A stretch of 63,498 nucleotides of DNA, counting the filler, from Octopus bimaculoides (Eukaryota), in the NCBI RefSeq assembly GCF_001194135.2. It is 6 parts of 6 records of this genome, joined end to end, with 100 filler letters (N's around TTAATTAATTAA, not from the genome) between each part and the next. Parts side by side here need not be neighbours in the genome. Positions count along the whole stretch, not along the records: positions 28,554 to 55,055 come from NC_068983.1; 5 more parts are not named here. One strand, 5' to 3'. Positions 37,132 through 50,125 of the stretch are shown here, one piece after another. Below the pieces are notes generated by a model. The model was not told the origin of the DNA. It searched no databases and was given only the letters and a program-made list of their open reading frames with translations. Position 1 is the stretch's first letter, and each line of letters opens with the position of its first letter. Position numbers and translations under genes: made by a program.

Positions 37132-37736
37132 NNNNNNNNNNNNNNNNNNNNNNNNNNNNNNNNNNNNNNNNNNNNNNNNNNNNNNNNNNNNNNNNNNNNN
37201 NNNNNNNNNNNNNNNNNNNNNNNNNNNNNNNNNNNNNNNNNNNNNNNNNNNNNNNNNNNNNNNNNNNNNNNNNNNNNNNNNNNNNNNNNNNNNNNNNNNN
37301 NNNNNNNNNNNNNNNNNNNNNNNNNNNNNNNNNNNNNNNNNNNNNNNNNNNNNNNNNNNNNNNNNNNNNNNNNNNNNNNNNNNNNNNNNNNNNNNNNNNN
37401 NNNNNNNNNNNNNNNNNNNNNNNNNNNNNNNNNNNNNNNNNNNNNNNNNNNNNNNNNNNNNNNNNNNNNNNNNNNNNNNNNNNNNNNNNNNNNNNNNNNN
37501 NNNNNNNNNNNNNNNNNNNNNNNNNNNNNNNNNNNNNNNNNNNNNNNNNNNNNNNNNNNNNNNNNNNNNNNNNNNNNNNNNNNNNNNNNNNNNNNNNNNN
37601 NNNNNNNNNNNNNNNNNNNNNNNNNNNNNNNNNNNNNNNNNNNNNNNNNNNNNNNNNNNNNNNNNNNNNNNNNNNNNNNNNNNNNNNNNNNNNNNNNNNN
37701 NNNNNNNNNNNNNNNNNNNNNNNNNNNNNNNNNNNN

Positions 37737-37767
<31 letters not shown>

Positions 37768-37796
37768 ACATATACATATATGTATATATGTATATA

Positions 37797-37999
37797 TAAA
37801 TGACATGTGACAATTATTCGGTAGCCATGATAAAACTCCGAGTTTTGGATGTCGGGGCGGAAACCCACGCCGCCATCTCTTCAGTTATCTGGCCATCGAA
37901 AAAATGCTATGAAAATGACCCCTTAATATTAAGTGTATGAGATGGAAAGCATTTTTTCAGTTTTATCATGGCTACCGAATAATTGTCACATATTATTTA
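37797..37999. mobile_element. MITE with perfect 33-bp inverted repeats
   Basis: ATGTGACAATTATTCGGTAGCCATGATAAAACT (37805-37837) is the exact reverse complement of 37959-37991, extendable by about 8 bp with 2 mismatches. Confidence 0.9.
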
Positions 38000-38280
38000 C
38001 AGATAAACTCCTCTATTTACATAATAGTGGGGTCTCTCTTTCTTTTGTTGTCTTACCTTTTCTATCAATATATATATATATATATATATAGTTAAAAAAG
38101 AAAAGGAAATGGAGATGTGGAAGTTAATAATTATTTATTATTAACAAATTGGTCATCTTTGCTTCTTACAGCTTAATAGAAACCTATTGTTTTAAAGGAA
38201 TTTCATTCCCCAACAATACTTGGTATTGAACCAGTATTTCCTTGAATGCAAACATTCCTTCATGAAGTTAACATATCCTC

Positions 38281-38311
<31 letters not shown>

Positions 38312-39269
38312 CACACAATGGATTTCTTTCAGCTTTTATGTACTAAATTCATTCACAAAACTTGATCTAGATGGCACACACTGGGATTGTACTCAAAACT
38401 ATGTGGCTGAGAAGCAAACATTGCCACATCTATACATCTACATTTGCCGCATTGTCACATCTACACTTGAAAGACTGCAAAGAAAAGTTGACTTTGGCAT
38501 GATTTGAACATAGAATGCATAGCATCAGAAGAAAAAAAACACCACAAGGCATTGTATCCGATGCTGCAATAACTCTGCTGATTCACTGCCATAACTAAAA
38601 GTGCAATAGACATGAGAAGGTTAACTGTTTAGCAATAGGGTTTTTTTTTTGTTTTTTGTTTTTGCCATGACTGATGTAAGTGGAATGGCCAAAGGCTGGT
38701 AGCTCCCCACTACACCTCATGATTACACGACTTGAAAAATTCAAAAGCTAATTAAGTAATAGTATGTAGCAGTGAAATTACATTTTTCCGGGTCATACAA
38801 ACAATAATTGGCTTTATGACTTTTAAACACGAGGTATTATTGGAGTAATACAACAGAACAATGTAGCTGACATATTTCACATCATGGATCTAACTACTAT
38901 GAGTTACGAGCCTAATGAGGGAGAAGAAGGCCTGTATGTGGCCTCAAGTGATGAGCTAGAAATAGCAGCCAAATCTTCCAGTGTTTAAATAAAAACTTAC
39001 TATCTTAGAACTGAACATGTTGAATAATTGTAGTTATATACATTGTTGAGAGTAATAAAAGAGGTTGGTCATGAGTGGAGTATTTTTAAAAATTATAGAC
39101 CTTCTCAATAAGGTCTGGGTTTGTAGTAGTGGTAGTGGTGGTGGTGGTCACTCATCCCTCCTAAAACCTTGTTTCCATCATGAAAGAGTCTGACAAGCAA
39201 TAAATTAAATTCTACCTTAGGTTGATGTTTAACATCAATATAATATACATATATAGCGAATCCAAACAA

Positions 39270-39430
39270 AGAAGAACAAACAAGAAAAAACAATAACGCG
39301 AGGACGTGGAACAAGTACTGCATTATCATACACTCAGGAAAGGAGGGAAAGAGGATTTAAAGTTTCAAGCAAAGCTCTTCTTCAGAAACAGAAGAAGTCG
39401 AAAGGAAGGGAAGACGGAGGAAGAAAATCA
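39270..39430 (-). mobile_element. Solo Penelope-like terminal repeat with a hammerhead motif (39354-39389)
   Basis: The - strand reads GUUU-CUGAAGA-A-GAGC-UUU-GCUU-GAAAC-UUU-AAAU. Downstream ttgttccacgtcctcgcg resembles the 20505-20625 copy. Confidence 0.68.
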
Positions 39431-39448
39431 CCAACGATATACACGCGG

Positions 39449-39484
<36 letters not shown>

Positions 39485-40644
39485 GTATATATATATATAT
39501 ATANNNNNNNNNNNNNNNNNNNNNNNNNNNNNNNNNNNNNNNNNNNNNNNNNNNNNNNNNNNNNNNNNNNNNNNNNNNNNNNNNNNNNNNNNNNNNNNNN
39601 NNNNNNNNNNNNNNNNNNNNNNNNNNNNNNNNNNNNNNNNNNNNNNNNNNNNNNNNNNNNNNNNNNNNNNNNNNNNNNNNNNNNNNNNNNNNNNNNNNNN
39701 NNNNNNNNNNNNNNNNNNNNNNNNNNNNNNNNNNNNNNNNNNNNNNNNNNNNNNNNNNNNNNNNNNNNNNNNNNNNNNNNNNNNNNNNNNNNNNNNNNNN
39801 NNNNNNNNNNNNNNNNNNNNNNNNNNNNNNNNNNNNNGACAGGCTTCTTTCAGTTTCCGTCTACCAAATTCACTGACAAGGCTTTGGTCGGCCCGAGGCT
39901 ATAGTAGAAGACACTTGCCCAAGGTGCCACGCAGTGGGACTGGACCCGGAACCATGTGGCTGGTAAGCAAGTTACTTACCACACAGCCACTCCTGTGCCT
40001 ATAACACATATAGTTTTTTTTTTTTCATACATATATATTTTTCTTATGCATACATATATATATATGCATGTATGTATATAAAATCTCAGAATGCACATTA
40101 AATGAAATATATTTGTGTAAAGTCATATTTAACATGTTTGAGTAAACTTAGACTTGTGATGCCCTTTTGCTATGGAATTGGTCCCAGAAAACAAATTCTT
40201 CTTTCAGCAGACATGTGTGAAAACACACAAGGCTGTAAATGATGCCATTGAATTATAGGATACATGCACTTCTGCATTCCTTCATGTTGTCAACTTTCAA
40301 CCTCAGATCTGCCTTTCACAGCCCAACAAGAACAATTTCTTCTTATATTAGACAGCAAACAGTACAATTGCAGATGTATGTAAAGTTTGGTGAAGCTAGA
40401 ATTAACTAAATAAAGTCATTCCAATAGAAGAACAAATAGCTTCTTAACAGGCTGTGAAAGGTAGATTTAGTGCTTGTAGCTGATGACATGAAAGAACAGA
40501 GAAATTTATGTATCTTATGATTCAATGTCATTTACAGTCAGCATGTTTTCAAACATGTAATTTAGGAGGACCACATCCACAGTGAAAGGTCTTCACAAGG
40601 GCAAGTGTACTCCAGGGTTTTAAATATGGCTTTACATGAATGTA

Positions 40645-40710
<66 letters not shown>

Positions 40711-41082
40711 TATGTGTGTGTGTGTGTATGTGTGTGTGTGTATGTGTATATCATCATCATCATCGTTTAATGCTTGTCTTCCATGCTAGCATACACACAC
40801 ACACACACACACACACACAGAGGCATGTGTGTATGTGTTAGATAGATAGATAAATAGTTAGCTAGCTAGATAAGTGATTTTTAGGCAGACTTCCAGAAGA
40901 AATTAAAATTCTTTCCTATATGAAAAAAGGGTCTACAGAACATATTTAGTTTAATAAATGGAATGCAGAAAATTCTTGGACGTTGAGCCACTTATATAAG
41001 TTGACCACTGAATATATACATATATACATACATACATTATATATACATTTACAGACACACAGACATACACAGACACACAGAC

Positions 41083-41117
<35 letters not shown>

Positions 41118-41119
41118 TA

Positions 41120-41196
<77 letters not shown>

Positions 41197-41372
41197 GTTC
41201 ATCATTGTTTAATGTCCGCCTTCCATGCTATATATACTAGCTTAAAAGCCACCTGATAGAGTAAATTTTGACTAGCCATCTACTTGGTAGCCAGATTGTG
41301 AAGGAAGGTATCTTGTTTTAACCATCATCCTTTAAATCTTAGGAAGTTCATACACATTTTTATAGTCCCAGA

Positions 41373-44300
41373 CAGTGGCGGATCTACCGTAAAACTAATG
41401 AAGCTTAAGCTTCAGGGGTCCTAATCCTGGAGGGGCCCCTTTGAAGCAACTTAATTTTTTCATTCTGTCAATGTTTTGTTTTTTATTTTGCCATGCAGAT
41501 TGCTGTTCCCTGTCTTAGTGGACATCATATCATAATCCTATGCAGAGTCTAGCCACAAGTTGTTCACCTGATGTTTCTGCCAGTGTGGTGTAGCAGAAAA
41601 TATAACAGTGCAAATGACTCACATATAATTCGCTTGAATTATTTTGGAAACTTCGACCCTGCCCCTCCCATTGTCAAATATGTCTACAACTACATCAGCA
41701 TGGTATAGATAAGAATTTTATTTTCACACCATTATTTAATGACCAATGAAAGGGTTTGCCTCCTAATTTTGGACTTACAATCTGTTCAGTAACAAAGCAT
41801 TCTTTCTATTTTAAAACTTGTTTGAATATCTCCTTGTACAAAATCAACAATTCTTCATTTATGATTATAGTTGTGAGCCCTTATCTTGATCAATCTCTGT
41901 CTCACTGTGGCTAATGAAAATATTACCCTAATTTTTTTACATAGAGGTCTAGGCTCCAAGAGGAATAGCAATGTCTTCAAGAAAGTACTTAAGTGGATAC
42001 CAGAAACACCAACTCAAGGAAAAGCAATCTAATGAGATTTCTAAATGTCAAAAACTATCAAACTATTTTACAATGTCAAGTAAAAGTTTGTCATCACCTG
42101 CAACTGAAACAAGCCATGCAAGCACCAGTGAAGTCAATGATAGTGCACAAACCATGAATGCTCTGTATTGCAATAATCAACCTACTGTTGACATTTTTGA
42201 TGCAGATGATGATCATGGTGGTCAAGAGAGAGCAGAAACAGGAATCAGGAAGCAAATTTAGTCATTTCAAAGAATACAGTAACCTGGCAAACTGGCCCAA
42301 AACAATTGATAATGATTGATAATGATTTCATACAAAACTTATTTATGCAAGACATCGGGGTTTTTTTTTTTCAAAATAAAAAACCAGATAATGTATATAC
42401 TGGGCCCAACAAGATTTATAAACAGCAAAATCGAAGTTTCTCAAACAAGTACTTTGAAGAAAAATGATTGAAAAATGGTCAGACTGTGATGAGATCCTGG
42501 TTAGTTTACTCAAAGAGCAAACTCTTTTCTAAATGCCAAATATCACTTACAATGGGTGGGTTTTCTGATTGGATGAATATATTCAGAACTCTAGAAAATC
42601 ATGAAGACAGCACGGAACATAACGGCGATGTTGAGCTGGCTAACACGAAAGTCAAATAAAACCACTGTGGATCAGCAATTTGAGGAATAGCTGAAAAAAC
42701 ATGGAGTATTATTTTGAAGTACTAAAAAGAGTTGTAGCAGTTATAAAGTTTTTAAGTGAAAGAGGTTTAGCATTTAGAGGTGATGAGGAAAAGTGGGGCT
42801 CCCCAGACAATGGAAATTTCATGGGGGCCATTGAGCCTGTTGCAGAGTTTGACCCATTTTTACATGAACATTTAGAGAAATGTAAAAATGAAAAAGTAAA
42901 TATTACTTACCTATCCAAATCTGTGTATGAAGAATTTATAGAAATCATGGGAAAACATGTGAAAGATGAAGTGGTGAATCAGATCAACAACCTAGATGCC
43001 AAATACTACTCGATTATTGTTGACTCCACACCTGACATAACACATGTTGACCAGCTAGTAATTGTAGTTTGATACTGTTATAATGGAAAACCCTGAGAGA
43101 TTTTTAGCATTTTTGCCAATAGAAAAACATTCATCCACGATTTTGCTCAACAAAATAACAGTTTCTGGGGGGGGGGGATAAGTTTTCACTTGAAAATATC
43201 CATGGTCAGTCATATGATAATGCTTCCAGCATGAAGGACTCAGAGAAAGAGCTGCAAGTACATCTTAAAAACAGGTATGAAGACTATGTACCATGTGCAA
43301 GCCATTCACTCAACCTTGTTGGAGAAAAGCAGTGTCTGCTGTACCTAAAGTTGTTGACTATTTTGGCCTCTTGCAGCAGCTGTATGTTTTCTTGAATCTC
43401 CTCGAAGATGGGGGATTTTGAACACACAGGGCATTCTAGCCTTTTCACTAAAGAGCTTAAGTGTAATTAGATGGTCTGCACACTATAAAGCAGTCCAGGC
43501 AATTAAAAATGGATACAGGGATATTTTACAAACTCTCAAATATATGCTTGAAGACTTAGAAGAGAAGCCTGAATGTAAGCGAGATGCAAAGAATTTGTAC
43601 CACAAGTTAGTAAAATTGGAATATGCTGTTTTAACAGTCGTTTGGGAAGAAGTTATGGAGCATTTTAACAGAACAAGTAAGAAACTCCAAACCCTTGGTT
43701 CTGATGTATTTGAAGGTTATCTTCCGCTAGCATCTTTGCTTTCATTTGTTAAAGAACTACAAGAAAATTCAGTTGACAAGATTGCACACTATGAATCAGT
43801 AGCAAAAGGTTTATGTGAATATATCACCTCAAATTATTCTGATGTTTCCAAACTCATTGTTATAAAGAAATTTGCAGATGGAACAAGTGATAGAGCTTCT
43901 TTGAGAGGGGCTGAACAATTTAGGATAGAAGTTCTAAATGAAGTCTATGACTGCTTGATAATCCAGTTAAGCAAGAGGATGGGCCCATATGAGCAGATTG
44001 CGAAAAGGTTCGAGTTTCTCTTAGAATTGCTGACCAATTCAGAATTTGATAAGAACAGTATCAAACTTATAATATTGCATTACAAAGACGATATTGACCA
44101 CAAATTAATAAATGAGTGTCATCAGTTCAAAGAGTATTTACACCTTAGGAAATCCTGGAACACAGAAGAGAACACAGCATCTAAAATGCAATGCACAGAA
44201 GTTCTTCAGTTTACTTATGAGTAACAATTAATTGAAGTGTCCCCTGATATTACCACTGCACATAAGCTGTACTTGACAATGCCCATCACAGGCTATGAAG

Positions 44301-44756
44301 CAGAAAGGAGTTCCTCAAAGCTTTCCTTTGTTAAAAATAAACCTCAGTCTACTATAACTGAAGAGCACTTAAATTCCTTATGCATATTGTCTCTAGAAAA
44401 TGACATTGCAAAGAAGCTGTCATATGACAAAACTGTTGCTACAAAAAAAAAAACCCCAGAAAAAAGAGTATTTTGTAATTTTCATATGTATCTTAATGAT
44501 GCATCATGCATGTATATAATGCTTCCCTAATAACTTTCAACCCCCATAACTCTAAAACTCACTTTCAGACTCATTTTTAAGGACTCCACGTCACAACTCC
44601 ACCATTTGGGCTATCAAGGCCTCAAGCTGGAATACCTTGCAAGGTCACGAACATTTTTTGACCCTTGTTGGATGTTACCCTACTGTTGCTGGTTGTAAAG
44701 GGGGTCCCCCATAACATTTTAAGCTTAAGGGTCCCAATATTGTAGATCCACCACTG
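41373..44756 (+). mobile_element. Full-length but decayed hAT DNA transposon (ZMYM1/DUF4371-type transposase), 3384 bp
   Basis: TIRs CAGTGGCGGATCTAC / GTAGATCCACCACTG (14/15). Identical 8-bp TSD GTCCCAGA at 41365-41372 and 44757-44764. Confidence 0.96.
41971..44530 (+). pseudogene. hAT transposase pseudogene with multiple stops and frameshifts
   Basis: Motifs in order: LAFRG...GNF, YSIIVDSTPDITHVDQL (catalytic D), GQSYDNASSM (second D), YVPCASHSLNLV, RWSAH, AERSSSKL (catalytic E / dimerisation domain). Confidence 0.93.
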
Positions 44757-44995
44757 GTCCCAGATATCGCAATCGTTTGTAGCATGTGAATTAAAGAATT
44801 GCATTCTCTCCTCAAGATAACAAGTCCTGTCATACTTTGCTCTAGACGGGTTGGTATGTATCCTGTTGTTCCAATAATAATAGGCATCAAGCTGAAAGTG
44901 TCTCTTGGATACTGGATTTGCAAACTTCTTATCAATGGTTTATAGATGTCGTCTTTCTCTTGTATTTTTCTAACCACAGAGGATAGCTGATCTCC
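44757..44995 (-). mobile_element. RLE-LINE C-terminal fragment interrupted by the hAT; continues at ~41230-41372
   Basis: KIQEKDDIYKPLIRSLQIQYPRDTFSLMPIIIGTTGYIP...LQTIAISGT resumes across the element as IKMCMNFLRFKG. Confidence 0.85.
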
Positions 44996-45226
44996 ACTGT
45001 ATGTATGTATATATCGATCACAGCACCGTTAAGTTAAGCTTCATGCAATGGCCATATTCGATAACGAGGGGGCAGCCATCATGTATGTATGTATGTATGT
45101 ATGTATGTATGTATGTATGCATGCATGCATGTCTGTCTGTCTGTCTGTTTGTATGTATTTATATACGTATGCATGTATGTATGTGTGTATGTATGCATGT
45201 ATGTATGCATGTACATGCAAGTGTAT

Positions 45227-45298
<72 letters not shown>

Positions 45299-45418
45299 CC
45301 AAATCAAATAATATTTTGAAAGCATTTAATACGTACAATTCAGAACTGTATAATATATAATATATATTATAAAATTATATAATATTTGGCACTGTGCATC
45401 TCTTCTAAGTATAACATG

Positions 45419-45481
<63 letters not shown>

Positions 45482-45724
45482 TGTATATACGCACACACAC
45501 ACACATATATACATAAATATAAAAAATGCATGGTGCCACACAAAAGCACCCGTGCCTGCTGTGCTATGTAAAAGTACCCAGCACACTTGTAAAGTGGTTG
45601 GCTTTAAGTAGGAAATCCAGCCATAGAAACCATGCCAAGTCAGACTGGAGTCTGGTGCAGCTCTCCAGCTTATCAGGTCTTGTGAAACCACCCAACCCAT
45701 GCCAGCATGGACAATGGACATTAA

Positions 45725-45755
<31 letters not shown>

Positions 45756-47225
45756 CGATGACGGCGATGATGATGATGATGATGATGATAGATACATACA
45801 CACATTTACACATACACATACATGTGTGTACAAGCTTAGGCATGCACACATTGTAATATGCGCACGCATATCTTCTGAGTTTCTGTTTCTTTCTCACCAT
45901 TTAACAACCAGTGTTGGTTTGCTTATAGGCAACATTTCTTAGCTGTTCAACAAGAAACATATCAGAGACTGATACAATTAGCTCCAGACTTAAAAACTTA
46001 TAAAGAAGTATTGGGTCCAATTCGATTGACCAATCACTTTGCAATCAGGTTCCAGCATGGCTACAGTCTAATGACAGGAACAAGTAAAAGAAGAATAAAA
46101 ATGTATATCAACTGTGTTGATCTCATCAATGCAGAATGAGGAAAGTGTGTTCTTGCAATGGTTAAAATACCACCACCCCTCTTCCTTACACTAAACAATT
46201 ATTTCTATAAAAAAACAGAAGGCTACATATTTTGGAGGCAGGTGAAGTCAATTAAGATCTACTCCAATATTTCACTGTTACCTATTTTATTGACCTTTCC
46301 TCCCAGAAAGATGAAAAGAAGAGTTAACCACAAGATCTAAACTCAGAATGTAAAGAAATTTAACAAAATGCCACAAGCCATTTTTGCTACTTAATCAATG
46401 CCACCATTCACCTGCCTCCTCACTTTGTGCATTCCTGAACAAGGTACATACTGTAGTCTATTCCAGTTTGTCTGAAAAAAAATCTATTTCCAATTGTGAT
46501 CTATGGCTAGCTGTAGAAAGAACTGCTTCGAGGAAAACAAAATCTCACCCATTATAATATGGAAAAATTCTTATTCTTCTTTAGTGAAATTTATTTATTG
46601 AACGGAGTTCATTCATAAATGTAGACTAATATGATTACCATATTAGAATCTTCCACACATACAATCGTGGAGGCACATGGCCTTGTGGTTAGAGCAGCGG
46701 ACTCACAATTGAGGCATTGTGGGTTCAAATGTCAGACCGGGCGATGTGTGTGTTTATGAGCAAAAGACCTAAGTTCCACTTCTGACTCTTTCACCACAAC
46801 TTTCTCTCTTTCTTTCCTCCCGCATCTAACAGTTCACCTGTGATGGACCACTGACCCATCCAGGTGGAGAACCTATACACCAATGAAACTGGGAATCTGG
46901 TTCTTATGAACCAGGCATGGCTTGAGTAGGAACAAAACAACAAACAAACAACATATATAATCATTGATGGATAGATGCAGTGGATCTGAACCCAAACCCA
47001 TATGGTTGAAAAGCAAACATCCTAACCACATAGCCATGCCAGCACTTATAATAGTCAAAAGGTTTTGATCAAAATTTTTTGAGCTGTGTGTGTATGTGTG
47101 TATATGTGTGCATGTGTGTGTGTATGTGTGTGTATGTGTGCATGTGTGTGTATATATATATATGAAATTGAATAAAACAGAGTCAACAAGAAGGAGTATA
47201 CATATATGCATATATATATACATAC

Positions 47226-47262
<37 letters not shown>

Positions 47263-49616
47263 NNNNNNNNNNNNNNNNNNNNNNNNNNNNNNNNNNNNNN
47301 NNNNNNNNNNNNNNNNNNNNNNNNNNNNNNNTATATATATGTATACTACACTCTCTGAGTGGTTGGCGTTAGGAAGGGCATCCAGCTGTAGAAACTCTGC
47401 CAAATTAGATTGGAGCCTGGTGTTGCCATCCGGTTTCACCAGTCCTCAGTCAAATCGTCCAACCCATGCTAGCATGGAAAGCGGACGTTAAACGATGATG
47501 ATGATGATGATGATGATGATGATAGCTTTGCAATTTTCACAGTAATAAATATATATACAAACTATATATATATTAAAAAAAAAAAATTGGAGTCTTACAG
47601 ACAAGTTCCCTATCTGTATAGTTTTCTCAGTTCTTCTAGATTCAAGTTAGAAACAGCAATGTTCTTTCTATACTAAGATTCACATAGATTGGTGTTTTTT
47701 TGGAGAGGTCTTTCATCAACAGGGAATATCTCAATTGATATTTGCTGTTGCTTAACCCCAGGTCAATTCCGATCCAGCAAACCAAAGGCTTTCCAGTCAT
47801 GGCCAACCAATCTTATATACTTAGGACTACATTATTTTCTATGTCTCTCCTTATTTTAAGATTTGTGACTTGAAAATGATATCATATTGTAGGAGCACTA
47901 CTTCCTTTTGGCAGAACTGTTATCCATCTATGCATGATTTGGTTAGTGTAGCCAACTACTTTACCTTGTGCATAGATACACACTGCCACCTATCACAACG
48001 TTGCAGAAAAATTTTAGTCAGTTCCAGCCAGGCCTCCAAGGGAGTAAGACATAGTGTCATGTCGCTGTCAGAGCTCAACTCCACCACGTGGACGACATCT
48101 AATGGAGAAACACTCTAGAACTAAATAGAACTATTTATGCATTGTTCAAACACTTATCATGTTCACATTTTACAACAGACAGTAACATTAAGTGTTACAT
48201 GTTTAATATGCTGCATACACCTTTTTCTGGATTTGTGACCCTATAACAAGTAGCTCGAACTTTTCTTCTGTTCACTTAGGATACTGTTATATACCATATC
48301 TCTGAATGCTATACCCTGTATGCTGGCAGGAAAACCTTGATTTAATGCTATCATCACATCCACTTATAATAAATTATTATTGTTCTGTTAAGCACTCTGA
48401 ACATTGCCTATTATTTCATTACAAGTTATTATACAATTGCTGTTATAAAAAGTCAGATGTTATTTTAGTGCCTCTCCACTAAAATACAAGTATTTTCTTT
48501 TTCCAGCTATAGATACACTATGTTTGAAAAAAGGAAAAAAAAAATTTTAGATAGTCATGGTTGGATTATCTATGATCATAGGTCTCGTGGATCAGGTATG
48601 ACTTGGGATCATTACACAATGACAGTAACATATCTTATCTGTAACCTGTATATTCACCCATTTTTACAGTGGTTGAATGAAATTTGAAGAATTGGCTCCT
48701 ATTTCTAGCAAGTCAGATGATTGGATTGAGGCTCCTAATAAAAACAACATATCTGTATGAGACAAGAATAAGGTACTGCAAATGAGGAGTGTCAAGTGTT
48801 TCCCCCAGTCAAGTGGAATAATTGTCTCCGAGGATCATAGACTGAGTAATGATCACAGTTTTGGTTTGCTAGCAAGTATTAACTCAGAGGTCCACCAATG
48901 AAAATTACAGTTGAGTTATGAAACTTGTGAGTGGTCACTCAATTTTCTAGATATAGCAGCAAAAATCATTCTCACACCACATCCTACTTTCTACAACATG
49001 AAATGAAACATAGAATAATACAGTCCTAGATATATTATATCTGATCAAAAAAATGGGATGGCCATGGCTGGAACCCTTTGATCATAAGTTTGCTGAATCA
49101 TTTTCCATTATAGTTCAGCTGGATCAGGATTAACATAAAACTTAGACACAAGTAACATTGAGATATAATCTACAGTTATGGATTTCAAAAAATTCAGAGA
49201 GGAAAGGGTCAGTCAAACTTGGCAGTCAGTTTAATTGCAGCACTGTGGTAGATCTACTGATTAGTGATCTAATGGCATTGCACTAATGCCAAATTAACTA
49301 AGTAGATTGTGTTATTCTAATCTATAATCCATTTAAGTCAATAAGTAAGACAACCAGACAAATAACAGTTTCTGATTACTAAACCCAACTGCTAATTAAA
49401 GATAAGGGTTAGTGAAATGCCAATTGGGCAGGGATCATACCAGAAAAAAAAAGGTCCTTAAAAGTCACTGAAGCAAGCTGTGCTGAAAATGTTACATATT
49501 GTATAACATTCTATATGACGAACTGACTACATAATTGCTTTATGCGACATGCATGAAGACAACTGAACTTTAAAAAATCATTCATAATTGTATCCATAAA
49601 AATTCATGGATGTATG

Positions 49617-49650
<34 letters not shown>

Positions 49651-50125
49651 TTTGTGTTGAGAATTTGATAACCAGAAACTTGCAACAAGTAATCATGTGA
49701 GCTGGTACAACCTATGCATGGTTGACTCATCAGTGTTAGAGAATATATTTAAATGTATGTTTATAAGGGAAAATATTTTCTCTGATGTATAGACTTCATT
49801 TTGAAGTGCTCCAAATATTCAAACCTGAGGCGTTAGAATAATGTAGAAGTAAGAATCAAATTTAGGCAAATCAAATTCACATATACATTTAATGAAATAT
49901 ATTATTTAAAATAATATATTTTTAATATATTAATTACTCTATACATTTTTATATAACTACATATTTTTAATATGTTTGATGTATTGAATATATTTTTAGA
50001 CAAATTCATGCATGTTGGGTGTAAGGCTGAATAGATATAAATGTATATGTGAATTTGATTTGCCTAAATTTATATATATATATATAAAAGAGAGATTCTG
50101 TTTATTTGCCTGTTTGTCCCACAAA

